From assembly GCA_004764695.1 (NCBI GenBank), contig SMSO01000014.1:4722845-4786844 (forward strand): a stretch of 64,000 nt of DNA, written 5' to 3'. The notes beneath the pieces were generated by a model. That model was not told where the DNA came from and did no database searches. It worked only from the letters and a program-made list of their open reading frames with translations. Position 1 is the stretch's first letter, and the number at the start of each line of letters is the position of its first letter. Origin of the DNA: Schizochytrium sp. TIO01. Its lineage: Eukaryota > Protista > Bigyra: Labyrinthulomycetes. Made by a program: the position numbers and the translations under genes. Shown piece by piece: positions 1 to 12,766 of this stretch.

Positions 1-1033
1 ACAAGTACTAGAAAAATGGACTACATAGTGCTAGTCGTCAAGTGGCAAATCATTGAGGATGCTCTGGATGATTAGGAAAACACCCTGGAAGATTTCCACA
101 AGTGAGGCTCGAAGTTGATGTCTTTTTGGTGGAGACGGGATTGTTTCTTTCTGCAAGCACCAGGTATAGAGATCTTCTTGGTGAGGGTCGGCGGAGTTCA
201 AGCTGCACGATCTATTATCATGCTATTACTATATTGTACAGAGGACGCATGTGTAAAGACAACTTTGGTGAGAGCTTAAGAAGCCGGGAAGGGGTTAGAG
301 AATTTGTCTTTGCACAACCACTCAGGTCTTATCAGACTTAACTCCTACTATTTGAACATTAAAAAACTAGAACGATGTTGGATCGAGTGCCTATATTTTA
401 TTGTGTTGTCTACCGTACATCTAAGTAGCACAAAAAAATTGTTGGGTACACTAGCTTGCCTAGAAGACAGCTGACTTCTTCTTGGCATATTTTGGGGCCA
501 TAGGTTGAGGACGAATGAGTTGTCTCACCTTCTGATGACCGGCTCTACATCAGCATATTTACAAGCCTATGAATTGATGACCATTTCGCATCATGTCAAC
601 AACTTATGCGTAAAGTAAATGTATTGCAGACCCAATCTCAAGTCCAGATCGCTTCGAGGTTCCTCGCAGGAGATCGAGCACCGTTTGTGTACGCTCTCCG
701 CTCATGAAATATGGTTCTGTTGCTCGAAAAGATACTTTTGAGTGATGTCTCGTAAAAATACACATAAGTATATGCCTAGTACTTGGTTCCTATGTGTTTA
801 TAGGCAGCGCACACACAATTCACTGTTCTTGTTCCCGTTCTTTTGGCAAGGCGGGGTAATGCAATGCAAAAAACCAACTTTTCTCAAGTATTTTGAGGCA
901 AAGCTGTTCTTCCTTGCTGCACAAGTCCGAGCCTGCGCGGACTCTTTTGCAGGGCGTGTCGAAGTGATCAGCGAGGACGCTGCTGAGCGATTTATCAGGT
1001 TTTGAACGGCCTCACAAACCTTACAGACCGATC

Positions 1034-2717
1034 ATGGAGGGGCAAGCGTGGCATTTGGTGAATGACGGCACGGCTTGGAGCTCTGTCTACCTTGTGTGTG
1101 GCGACGGGGTTCTCAGTTTATTTGAGGAAGACGATGGCGAACCAAGCATCCCAATGCGTTTTGGAGGAATGTCATCCAACGAACTTGTGCTCACTGAAGA
1201 TCAAGAAGGACCTGCAGCAGATGCGCACCTCGGACCCAATGAGGCTGGTGCACCGTCGAATTTTGGCTTCTCGGTCGTCAAAGGGAGTATACACCTGAAA
1301 TTCTGTGCCTCGTCTAAGCAGGATCTAATCAAGTGGAGAAAGTGCATAAAGAACGAATCAGGTGCAAGCTCTGCGCCGCCTCCAGCACCTGCGGATGACT
1401 CTCAGGCACAACAGCTCCAAGGAGAAATTCCACTTCCAGCACCTATGCCTATGCCGTCATCCTCGATGGAGACATCAACAGGTCAGATCAGGAAAGATCA
1501 ATCAGGGCCAGGTAGTGTGAATGCTCCTAACTCACCGATGTCTGGAGGAAGTTCTGAAAATGGCTCAGAAGCTCATGAAGAAGATAATCTTGGCGACGAT
1601 GAGGACAATGGGAATGAGGATGAAGATAACCATGACACTGAGGAGGAGAGCGTTGTAGAGATGACTTACCACGGGGATGAAAACCAACATAAAAGCGATA
1701 GCGAAATCGAAGACGCTGAGGAGAGTTCCCAGCAGCATTATTTTAGTGACCAGGAGATGCGTCGTCGCGAACAAGAGCATCATGGCGAAGACTTTCGAGC
1801 CATGGACGAAGAAAAAAGTGTAGACCCAACTATTTGTGCAGCCCCCGGTGAGGTTGAAAGTGTGCATGGGTCTGTATATAATGAAGGTCACTCACAACTT
1901 GACGAGTTCGATCGAGAGCAGACAAAACTTCCGACTCCTCCTCCACGCTACACCGCAGCTCCACCACCACGGGTAGAAGCGCCATATGTTGGTGCACAGG
2001 AGCCGCACCTTATGCAGACGATTGTGATTCACTATGGTGATACGGAAGTACACATTTCATTTAGAAACCAAAATGATCTCAATCGAGTGACTGTTACAGA
2101 ACTTAAAGGCAGTATGTGCATGAAATTGAATGCAGAGCCAGATGCAGAATACTTCCTTCGCCCTAGTGAAGTTGACCTCTTGCTGGGTAATGCTGTACTC
2201 CGCGAGCATTGGTGCGGGAGAGACTTTGGACTTCGGGGAGGACTACACTTACAATCTAAGCGTCGCACCGCAAGACCCTATGGAAGTTTGGGTGGTGGCA
2301 TCAATACCGTGAGGGTCGTTGCTCAAATCAGAGCCGGTGGTCGAGAGATTCCTGTGCAAGTTCGCGATGGAGAGCGCGTGGAAGATGTTGCTGAAGCCCT
2401 AGGGAAAACAGCTTGGTCTCGATGAGCCTCGCCAGATGGCTTTTTTGATGGAGATTTATCGTCAAAGAGGCGACCGTTTTGCTTCTGAAAACGCTAGTTT
2501 AAAAAACCAGGTTGGTGAGCTTCTGCACCGCACCAAGTCTCAACGCTTGGGTAAGGCGAGTAACCCTGTCTCACAAGGCTCTCAGGAGTCATATGAGGCG
2601 CTCTTGGACAGGGCTGCAGAGCGAATCCAAGCCCTTGAACGCGAGAAGAAGCAACTCGCAGATCAAGTTTTTCAACTTCGCATCTTGAATGCAGAACGTT
2701 TGTCTGTGTTGGAATAA
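1034..2717 (+). CDS. PH-domain protein with acidic linker, ubiquitin-like domain and C-terminal coiled coil; ORFs 1034-2425 and 2436-2717 joined by a +1 frameshift near 2402-2408
   Basis: The N-terminus has a PH pattern (WSSVYLVCGDGVLSLF...FGFSV...LKFCASSKQDLIKWRKCIK). Residues ~327-410 resemble a beta-grasp/ubiquitin-like fold (VTVTELKG...LLLGNAVL...DFGLRGGLHL). Removing one base from GGGAAAA (2402-2408) reads ...VAEALGKQLGLDEPRQMAFLMEIY..., in frame with the 2436 ORF. Confidence 0.7.
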
Positions 2718-3196
2718 ATGACCTTTACACAAATTAAAAATTCGAATAGCATTAAGATTTTGCAACTTCAGGACTCATATATCTATATTCTGTAGTGCAC
2801 GTTGCATTCCAAATTTCCAAACTTTGAAAAGAAAAGAACAAGAATGAATTAGAACTTAGTTTTCCATGGCAAATAGATTCTATGTATTTCACTTTGGTCA
2901 ACCATCACGTTCTTCTTGAACATTGAGTTCAGATCTCATGTTACTGATGCAAGCATTGAGTTTCTTGTTTTTGCACAGACATCACCTTGCTTGAAACAGA
3001 TACGAACTCTATTCTTGAGGATACTTTGTATACAAAAAAGCATTTTCACTAGACTGAGGTTACTCCTTCTATTCTTTCACTTGAGTTCAAACACAATCAG
3101 AGCACATCACTTATATTAGTACAAATATGAAAGTGTAGAAGTGCAGTCCTTCGGCACTCATACCATTATCAAAATAAAATTATTACACAAATACTG

Positions 3197-4669
3197 TTAG
3201 ATTGACTCTAATAACAGCGAAAGGCCAAAGTCGGTTCGAGCTTGCTTACTTGACGCAGTCTTTGATGCTGCTGCTGCTGCTGCTTCTTTTTGCTCGCTGA
3301 TCTTACTTTCATGCTGGGCTATTCGCCTCTCCACTTGTTCCTGCTGTTGTTTTGGCGATTTTGAAAGTAAACTTGGAGAGGTCGGGGATGCACAAGAGGG
3401 AAACAGTCTATCTTGAAGGAGTTGGTAAACCTCTTCTTGTTCAAGTAGGCGCTCAAGAACCCTGCGGCGATCCAGTGATGTGAAGTTATCGAATTGAATA
3501 ATGCGTGCCTCGCGGTCCTCAAGCTGTATAGATTGCTCCGAGCGTACCTCGCCGCCCATCTTTTTAGATTGTGCGCGCTTGGCTCGTTCTTTGCGACGCA
3601 GAATATCCTTTTTGACATCTTCAACACACTGTGAAAAGAGATCTTGAAGATTGGATCGCTCAGTACGCTCGACTACAATTTGTGCGCGCAATTCGCGCAC
3701 CTGCTCCTTCTCCCGTTGAACCTGTTCCCTCAACTGTCTCATCGTTCTCTTGGCAGATGCCGCCTGTTCATCATGAGCAGTGTTCATAAGCATCATCGGG
3801 GCTTCGTATAATTGAGGCTGCTGATCGCCTTCAAAAAGGCTCTTCTGAGATCCTGAGCGTTCGTACGATGGCGTGTTGTAAAATCCAACACTTGACTTAG
3901 ACAGAGCGCTGGATTTTGACGGAAAGTGTTTGTGCGAATCTAAGCCACTATTCATGCCAAGCTGGTTTTGGGAATGACTATTACGAATGGGTGGTGCAAG
4001 TTGTGAAGCTTGGTTATTTGAGGGTATCCCTGACTCCAAGGCAAGGATTTGTGTAGATGAACGTGGGCCGCCAACACTCGCTTCGGGGCCTAGGTGCATC
4101 TCAAGTTCTGTACGTAAGAGCTTGTTTTGCTTTTTAGCTGACTTTAGCTGATTTTCGAGCCATGAACGATCTTCATCAACCGACTCAAGCTTCTCTTCCA
4201 TGAATTTAATTTCCTTTTTCATAGACGTTGCATAAGCGTCGAGCCGCAGAGCTTCTTTACGGAACCAATCACGTTCCTGTGTCAATTGTTTGATTTTCTC
4301 ATCGCGTTGTAGTTCAAGCTCAGCATTTTGAACCTTTGTACGTAGCTCTTGCAGTTCCTTTTGAACATTATACATGTGAGCTCGATATGCAGAAAGAAAT
4401 TCGGTTTCTTGCTTCTTCAATACATCTGATACCTTTTCCGAAAGCGAACCTACGACATGGCTAAGCTGGTGATGGAGTTCTTCAACTCTACCCATACCAC
4501 TGACACTAGCGACAAGGGCTTGGCGTGCCTCCATTGCAGCCATGTTTATTGTAGTGTTTTCTGTGCCTCGAAGAGAGGTAAGAAAAGTCTCTTTGTCAAC
4601 TTCTACATTGCTTGCGCCCGAGCTGGCAACCATTGCCCCATGCGAGGCTCCGTCTGCACCTTCTCCCAT
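3197..4669 (-). CDS. Long coiled-coil protein, possibly cilia/basal-body associated
   Basis: 490-aa ORF, first ATG at 4669 (the track start at 4672 is GTG). Heptad-rich segments FLSAYRAHMYNVQKELQELR...ERDWFRKEALRL and LQDLFSQCVEDVKKDI. The family link to flagellate proteins is from recollection only. Confidence 0.75.
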   Translation of the reverse strand: MGEGADGASHGAMVASSGASNVEVDKETFLTSLRGTENTTINMAAMEARQALVASVSGMGRVEELHHQLSHVVGSLSEKVSDVLKKQETEFLSAYRAHMYNVQKELQELRTKVQNAELELQRDEKIKQLTQERDWFRKEALRLDAYATSMKKEIKFMEEKLESVDEDRSWLENQLKSAKKQNKLLRTELEMHLGPEASVGGPRSSTQILALESGIPSNNQASQLAPPIRNSHSQNQLGMNSGLDSHKHFPSKSSALSKSSVGFYNTPSYERSGSQKSLFEGDQQPQLYEAPMMLMNTAHDEQAASAKRTMRQLREQVQREKEQVRELRAQIVVERTERSNLQDLFSQCVEDVKKDILRRKERAKRAQSKKMGGEVRSEQSIQLEDREARIIQFDNFTSLDRRRVLERLLEQEEVYQLLQDRLFPSCASPTSPSLLSKSPKQQQEQVERRIAQHESKISEQKEAAAAAASKTASSKQARTDFGLSLLLESI

Positions 4670-5495
4670 CACGTCTATTCAAGCTTGTGATAAATCAAGC
4701 TTGAAGATTGAATGCACCAGACTGGTTGTAAATAAAATTGGAAATCCTTCCTTCAAATGAGGCAATTAATTGTCAACGAGCTTTACAAATCTTTAAACTC
4801 TCCGTGCACTTGGTGGCAAAGTCTTGATAAAATCACCTTTCGTCGTATGTGGGCTTTGACACCCTTGGCCCTGTGCTGACGTTGTATGCAGAAGCGCCAC
4901 TTGCTTGTGTCACGTTGCAAGGCTGCGTAACAATCCAAAAAATAATTGCGGCCAGCGTGCAGGGTTTCCAAAGCGGTGGATGATCAAGCACATAGACGTA
5001 TCCTCTTCACAATAGCCGTAGGAGGTTTTTATTGCATACTCTCTTCTCTTTGTCCAAGAGAAATGACACGAGAACACTGCAATTCTTTTGTAAGGTGTGT
5101 ACTGTGGCATTTTCCTAGCAATAGGAATGGTGTCTGTGCCTATTGCGCGTTTCTTCAGAAGATCCGTTGGACCTCTTTATAGACCATTTAGGGGATAGTA
5201 CTTCTCAACGCCATTTTGGCTTTCGCGATCCCCCTTTTACCTTGCAGATTTGATAGATAATAGACTTATGGGAAAGGGACCCGCTTATCAAAGGCAAATA
5301 GAGAAAAGAGAGTCCGGGTCTGGGGGATAGCTGAGTTTCCTATTGAGGTCTGGTGGTTGACGACTTCATCAATCACAATTGAGACTAGCGTTTGCATTTG
5401 AGACTTTCTGGGGTGGTGGCGAAAGGACTCTGCCTGAGCGCACTTGACGCTTATCACGAAGAACTCCACAAGAGAAAACTATTTATCACATCACA

Positions 5496-6998
5496 ATGGG
5501 CAAACATGATAAGGATCGCAAGGCTTCTAGGAAATCGTCGCGACGAACGAAGCGAGATTCAATGACATCAAAGACAAGCTTGAAGTTTGATGACGACAGC
5601 ATCAGTGACGCCGGGGATGCAGGAAAAGGCCATGATGCAGAGGAACGGGGAGCTTTATCAAAAGTTGATCCTGATGAAGACGAAGATGCTGTGTCGCGCC
5701 TGGAGAAGGGTCTCTTGGACAAAAGTGGGGAACGTCGACAAAGGATAATGGCACACACTGGCTTTTGCTTGCATGTGTTATACGATATGAAAGCTATTCT
5801 AGATAGCCTATTCGATATAACAGCATGGAGATCCTTAGGTCGCTTGGTTTTTGCTTTTAGGTCAACCCAATACCAGGACGTCGTGCTTTCTCTTGTTTCT
5901 CTTGTAATCACCAGTACCCTAGGGAGTCAATATGAACGCAAGACAGTGCAGCTTCCGGTTGTTTCACTTGCAGTTGCTGGTAAGTAGAGCGTTATGTTGT
6001 CTGTTTCGAGAAGATGACCTAGATAATGACCTGCGGGGACTATATTGAATTCATAGACTAACGAATGCAACATGCTGTTTGCAATCACTTTCCCATTTGA
6101 TTTGCAAAACACAGTGCTAAGTTTGCCAGTTCCTTTTGCTGGAATTTCGGCAAGTTTCAGGCTTCGGCAAACGACAATTCAGGCAGTTGTACTCTATGCA
6201 CTGGTAGCCAAAATTGTGTATTCTGCTTTGCTTTTGTGGTACTTGCACCGGGCAGTTGCTGCCGATTTGGAGGTTGTGTTCCCTGAGACAGTCTTGGCGA
6301 TCTTGCGAATAATTCTAGGGTTCTTCATCATTGTTTTTGGCATTCTTTCAAGCAACAAAATATCGGAAATGAAACGTCTTCGCAAAACTGTGCTCTTAAT
6401 CGGGCTTGATGGACACGGGAAGTCACTTCTGGTGGATACTAGTTTGCCGTTGAGTATGTCTCGCGCTGGGCGGTTTGGAACACGAACCTCAGACCAATGG
6501 GAAGTAAATCCTACGGCAGGGCTAAGTATGCATGAGTTTCGTAAATTTGATTCTTTTTGGAGAGTATGGGACATGTCTGGCAATGGGCGAGGCCGTGAAC
6601 TTTGGCCGTTTTATTACGGGAGTGTTGATGCAATCTTCTTTGTGATTGACTCTACAGATCTTGAACGTCTAGCTGTGGTTAAACACGAGTTTTTCCGCAT
6701 GACAGAGCATCCTGACGTGCGACGTAAGGCTCCCATTTTAATTGTGGTTCTCAATAAAACAGACCTGTCTGACTCAACAAAGCTGAAAAAAGATATTAAG
6801 AGCAAGAATCCAGAGGATCCTCAATATATTTCTCATGATATGTCAAAGATTTCTCCATCGCAAATACGTCAACTTTTGAAATTCGATACGCTCTCTCAGC
6901 ATTACAAACTCCACGTGCAAGTAGCTTCGGCTTTGCAAGGATTCGGCATGGATGAAGCCTTGCAGTGGCTTGCAAACACTCTTTCATTAAGGCCTTGA
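5496..6998 (+). CDS. Two-exon ARF/ARL-family small GTPase (ARL6-like) with N-terminal hydrophobic/transmembrane region; exons 5496-5979 and 6115-6998, ~455 aa
   Basis: Donor GTAAGT at 5980, branch GACTAAC at 6056-6062 and acceptor CAG ending 6114. The G|TG junction keeps frame. G-motifs are GLDGHGKS, PTAG, WDMSGN, NKTD and SAL. Confidence 0.85.
5980..6114 (+). other. Spliceosomal intron (135 nt)
   Basis: GTAAGT...GACTAAC...ACAG; splicing joins two ORFs in frame. Confidence 0.85.
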
Positions 6999-9900
6999 AT
7001 TGTACTGGGTTTTCAAGATGAATCCTTGGTTTGTTACAAGAAATGATTGATTTATCTCAAGGAAAGTGATACTTTTCTGAGCGAAAGTTTTCTCCGCATT
7101 CCGAGACGACGAGCTCCTGATCTTGGTAATTATCTCAAGAAAGGAAGATATGTGTCAGTGGATGATATCTATCTTGTGGCGTAGTACCTACGAGGCACTT
7201 GACAATTTGCAATAGTAATACAAACAAAATTATAGGATGTCGTGTTTACAAATAGGTAGTGTTCGTTACTCAGAGTTGTCTTGGTAGTTTTTGAAACAAG
7301 AATGTGCTACATCAATATGTTCTGGCTGTTAATTCTATTAGTTCTTTTACCCTTTAAATCTGAAATCATTAAAATTTTCCAAAGTGTGTTCGGAGCTTGA
7401 TCATGGCACACGCATTTCAGACTTCCTTGGTAGTTCTTGATGGACTCCGAGGGTGTTTCCATGCATACTCCTTGATCTTATCATTAATAACACTTCTTCG
7501 CCAGCGTTCCGAGTTGCTCGAGGCAGATTTCCTAGCCAATAGCAAATTAAACCAAGGGATTGCACTCCCTGACTACAGACAGCACCCTCCATATGCTTCT
7601 AATCTCGAGTACCTTCGGTCCCTGGACTTTATCCATTTTGGTGCAAATTAAAATTCCCGTTAACGTTTCAAGTTCAATTTATCAAATGGCGGCTAAGGTT
7701 TTCGCCTTGCCCACGCTCTTCCAAGTTCGTCAGTTATTTCTATACTTCTACATTAGAATTCATGTGCAGCGTGATGGTTCTTCAAATCCTTGAATTCGAA
7801 TTTCCTTCCGCGCACCTTTAGAAAATCAGGAGTGGTGCACACCTTCTTCCCCACACCCCTTGTGGTTAAATTGCTGTTTCGAAACTCTGCAGGAAGGCAT
7901 TATTGCTGGCAATCTGCCTCTTCTAGCAGGCCGGTTTTCTTCTCTTTTGCCTCATGAGCTAAGAATTTTGCTGTGAGGTCGAACATCATGATGCCATGGC
8001 CTGAAGATTGATTGTTGCATTCACTGTGTTTAGACCTATCTTGATTAGCAAAAGAGCGAGAAGTTCGAAGTTCTCTGCTCCCACTTGTATTTTTTGCCGT
8101 GAACCGCAATCTTGTTCTGTTGATTTTACAAGTTAAAAAAGAAAAAGAGAAAGAAAAGAATTAAAAAGCATTACAAGTCGTTTAAATTAAACTAATATTT
8201 TTTTCTTTTAAATACAAAAATGCAAAATAAACTTAATAATAAAAATAAAAATGCTACATGTTCTCGTTCTAGATGTGATATCCGAACCTACGGATGGGGC
8301 CACAGTATAAAGCTGACGCTGGAGACACTGCTCCATCTGTGAACAACCTCCCTGCCTGTGCTTGTGTCAATAGAATATTTTGCTCAACATTTCATCTTGC
8401 AGGGCTCTTTCATCTGGGGACGCACCGAGTAAACCCCCCAACTAAAAACGCTTTCTTGTAGTGCCGTACTGATCAAACCTTCTGCTGCAACTGCAACCCT
8501 TTCAAAAGACACGATTTATCATCAGGATCAGGGTGTAAACGTCTACGGCACTGTAGAAGGAAGAGCGAAATGATAATCATAGTAGGTAGGTACTGCTTCT
8601 GCTTTTTTCTTTTTACTACAGCGCGTGCAGCACTTCGAAATGCAGCGCGTGCAGATAATATTTACTTTGACGGGTTCTGTTAACAAAAATGGCTCAGGTT
8701 GCGAGGCGCTCAGAGAGGGAAGGCAAAGAAGAAGGAAGTCGGGGGCGGCCCTCGCTCGCACACATCATGATGGTTTTGATTTATTCCTTTCCAAGTTCCA
8801 GACACCACTGCTCGCCGCAGAAGCAGCTCGTGGCAGTAGGTTTATTCGTTGTGCAGCTCAGCTCGAGCAGCTCTCAATCCAGACGAAGAACATGAGTTAA
8901 AGCGGCTCGGAATAGGAAGCAACTTCAGAGCTCCGAGGTAAAGTTAGAACAAGTTTTCCAGATAGATTTGTCAGAACCTCAGGGACGAGGTTCTTGATCT
9001 TCGACGAGCTCGCCTTCAGAAGCTGGTAGTTGCGATAGTAGATCTCATTTCATCCCAGAGCGCACACACTGGCAATTATGGTAGGTGGCCTACGAGGCGA
9101 GTTCTACGTCGTGAAAGCCCATCTATTTGAAAGAACGAAGAGACTTCAGAATCCTGTCCTGAGGAGGATATCGTCGCTAATATTACTTTTATTAGGGCTC
9201 TTGATATTGTAAGAAAGCCACAGTCACCGCCCTATATTAAAAAATAAATAAAAAGTAACTTGAAGTAGCAGCTTTTTCACCATCTCAAATGAGTAGGATA
9301 GTTTGATGGTGCCTTCTAAATGTAGTGCAATGTCCTTCAAGAAACTCTTAGCAAGGGTTCAACAGCTAGAATCCGAACAGAAAGAGAGCGAGTGCGTGCG
9401 AATCCCGCAATCCCTCGCTCGCTTCGCACACCAGGGAATATTGATTGCCCGATTGAATACTCACGAGTCACGAGCCATGATTGTCGTGTCCCTCCAGAAT
9501 GTTCCCATTGGTTTAAGGTGACACCATCAATCCCTTGAGGGCTCTTTGGTTTGGGCTTCGCCACGTCATACTTCTATATGAGATGGTTTTCACGAAAATA
9601 GTGTGGGACCGGCATGAATCTTGGGCGAGGCTGGCGATGACGAGTTATTGACCATCGTAAAGTGTTTGAGCTTACCCAACCTTTAGTTTCTTCTAGAGAG
9701 CAAACTTTGGCAGCGCAGCAACGAACATGTCAGTGAGTATCCAATGCAAAGTTTAGGATGCTTTGCGACAATGGTTACATCATATCCGAGTCGTGGGGCA
9801 GGAGCACACCGGTGCATATCGAGAGCTTCTTTCGAGTAGTGCTAAAGAAGTCATGGATGAAAACCCAAGCTAACAAGCTATTGAAGTAAATAAGTGGCGT

Positions 9901-10082
9901 TTCACGGTTAGAAGATTATTAAGCACCAAGTAGCAAACTTTGGTCTAAACGCTCACAGTGTAACTTGAGAGCGATGATTGTGCAAGCTCTCAATTTTAAA
10001 GTAATACACACACTTTTCCCATTATTTTCAAGGTATTTTAACTTGAAACAAACTTCTTTCAAGTAAAAAACTCTTCAATTGG

Positions 10083-10109
10083 AAAAAAAAAAAAAAAAAA
10101 AAAAAAAAA
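10083..10109. repeat. Poly(A) tract (27 nt)
   Basis: Read directly from the sequence. Confidence 0.95.
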
Positions 10110-11451
10110 GAATGAAGAAGAAGAAAGAACAGCGTCTAGAGTGATTCAGGTAAGCCATGGAATCAACCCGTGATACGACATAGACTCAAAAAAGAAAGCC
10201 CCGAACGAGAAAATCATTCATTCCCTGTGCAAAGGAGCAGGATCTGTAATTAGGGTCGCAAATTCGCCATTCGAGAAATTAATCCTTGTAAGCCTGCGGA
10301 GTGGCTCATTATGAATTCAATCAAATAATCCAACTTGAATTTAAAAGTTGCTCGTTCCAGTAACTAGTACAGGGTGCAGTCCTCCGGGAAACTCTGTATG
10401 GCGGGGTGTGCCTTCATGAAGACGGACGGTTTGCTGCTACTGCCTACCAACATTTGCCAAAGGTAAGGAACGCTTAGTATATGTTATCATGATGCATGCG
10501 TTTCTTTCAACGTAGTGACGTAAGGTATCTTAATTTAGGACTGGCAAAAGTCGCTTAGTTTGGGGGTAGACAGACACCCCGTTCCGAAGATACGCTCGGG
10601 GGTAGTTTGTTCAAGCCACCGGCATGAGGTGTGTTACAAAAGGAGATATCATCTTAATTTCGGCGGCTTTCAATCGTCAACTTAAATTTCAATCCAAGCA
10701 CAATTTCCTCACACAACTGCGTTAATGGAGTGTTGCGAACGGCAATACATTCTTCATACGTCTGCCTTGACGGAGCCCCTGTTTCCCTGCACTCAGTAAA
10801 CCATGGTGGGTATCTCCCTACCTACTGTTTGCTTGTTGCTTGCTTGCACGAATGCAACTTGAAAGTCGAGGAATGGACATAATCTTGGCAGGAGGTTTTT
10901 GTCTCCTGAGATCGACCCTGCCACGCGCAATCGCACTGGATCTGACACTGAGTACCTCCAATTAGAATCAAGCCAACCTGAAATTATCAGCATGGACGTT
11001 GAATCCGTCGATTGTCTGCAGTATCTTCAAGTTCGCCACAAGGGTGATGAAGACATATATGCTTCTTCAGAAAACATAAAAGGATGGATCCTGGGTACTA
11101 TAGTGGTTCTTGTGTGTTTTGCACACCTTGCAGAGGGACTATAATCTTCGGTCCTGCGATTCATGTGCAAAAGAGCTCGGAACTCCTTCTCCTCCAGACA
11201 GCGTGAAGATCGTGCAGCTCACAGACCATGCTGCAATCAATCGCCGGACCTCTGTTCCATCAGGCAGTCAATGTCATCCAACTTGAGTCGCTAATTAATT
11301 AGTCTTTATGATCTGCTTTGGAAGGGACGGGTATCTCCAACCTTGAGACAGATTAAAAGGATAATTTGCGCTTCCGATGTGTCGCAGGGGTCAGTCAAAC
11401 CGGCCAAAAGACGCTTGCAGCAGACAGACAAGTGGGTAGAAAAGGGATTAA

Positions 11452-11829
11452 GAGAGTGAGCGAGAGAGTGAGAGAGTGAGTGAGTGAGTGATTGAGTAAG
11501 TGACCGCATCGTTTCGTAGTCCGCAGGTCGTGAGTCGTGGGCACACCATTCTAATTTGACAGTGAACACGACGACATTCGACCTACTACCAAACTCCATT
11601 TTTGCCAGAAACATTTTATTACTTATTTATTTATTATTTATTTATTCATGTGTTAATCCAAAAATAAAAAAAAGATATCTATATACTAAAAATGATTTTT
11701 AATTTTTTAATGAAAATCAGATTGCCTTACTCACCCACTCAACTTGTTCCTGCGATTGAGCGAGAGATCGCAGGCACTCACTCTCTCACTCACTCACTCA
11801 CTCACTCACTCACTCACTCCCTCACTCCC
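11452..11829. repeat. Inverted pair of microsatellites: (GAGT)n at ~11452-11502 and (ACTC)n at ~11776-11829
   Basis: Read directly; the two tracts are complementary and flank an AT-rich core. Confidence 0.8.
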
Positions 11830-12714
11830 ATCGCACACGTACCTCCGCCCTCGCCTCATCCTGATCACGTTGGCTTTGGGCAACTCACTCGATGACGGCA
11901 GTATTCTGCGGCAGCATTGAACATCGCCAAGGGGCGGGCCATTATTGATGCTTGCTAACAAAAAGTTTAATTGGAAATAAATAAATAAATTACGAAGTGC
12001 TAGCGTACTTGGTAAGGAGGGAGGGTACTTGCACAAGTAAGTAATCATAGTCCAAGTTTTTTTATTTTTATCAAGCAGATTTTACAATGCTCTTCTTCAA
12101 TTAGTTATTAAAAAACAAAGTGTAAGAAAGAGAAGAAAACAGGTAAAAGGTCAATCAATAAAATATTGCAAAAGCCAGACGCTCACATGTGTGTTGTCTC
12201 ACTTGCTCAGGCTATAAAATTCGAGGTCACAGCACCCAGGTAGATCGGAGAGTGAGCAGGTTCAAGCCCAACGCCTACCTTGAGCTTCTTCCCGTGACTC
12301 CTGGATGCAATCAGGCGATCATCATCATCTTCATCTTTAAACTGTCACGACTCAATCTGTCTGCATCTTCAATTTGGTTTGGTTTTTCCAACTAGCTACA
12401 ACTCTCTACACTATTAAGGACCGATTGATCAACGTGTGCATACGGTACCTACTCGCCAATTTGGCAGAGCACAACGCTCTCGTCTCGGCAATTACGACCA
12501 CGTTTGCACGGCGATGATGCTCCTGCTCGATCTACCTCCACCTCATCCATCTTATAAACTAGCAAATCGCACTGGTGCTGCTGGTCTGTTATCGATTCAC
12601 CATTTCTTCAACTTGCGAGCCTTCAGGACAAGCAAAGATCACAATCAATCAATTCATCTTCAATCCAAGTTGGAAACACCAAACAAAATGCACACCCTCT
12701 CTCCTCTGCTTTCA

Positions 12715-12766
12715 CAGCAGCAGCAGCAGCAGCATTAAACAACAGCAGCAGCAACACCACCACCAC
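12715..12766. repeat. (CAG)n/(CAC)n microsatellite
   Basis: Read directly from the sequence. Confidence 0.9.

Noticed and set aside
2423-2425. TGA readthrough/selenocysteine in the first gene
   Set aside because: The same frame stops again ~20 codons later; a +1 shift explains the continuation better.
10083-10109. Poly(A) tracts (also 24951-24972) as retroposon tails
   Set aside because: No target-site duplications or upstream element body are recognisable.
12230-12280. GGTTCAAGCCC T-loop/B-box-like motif
   Set aside because: No cloverleaf or acceptor stem could be built around it.
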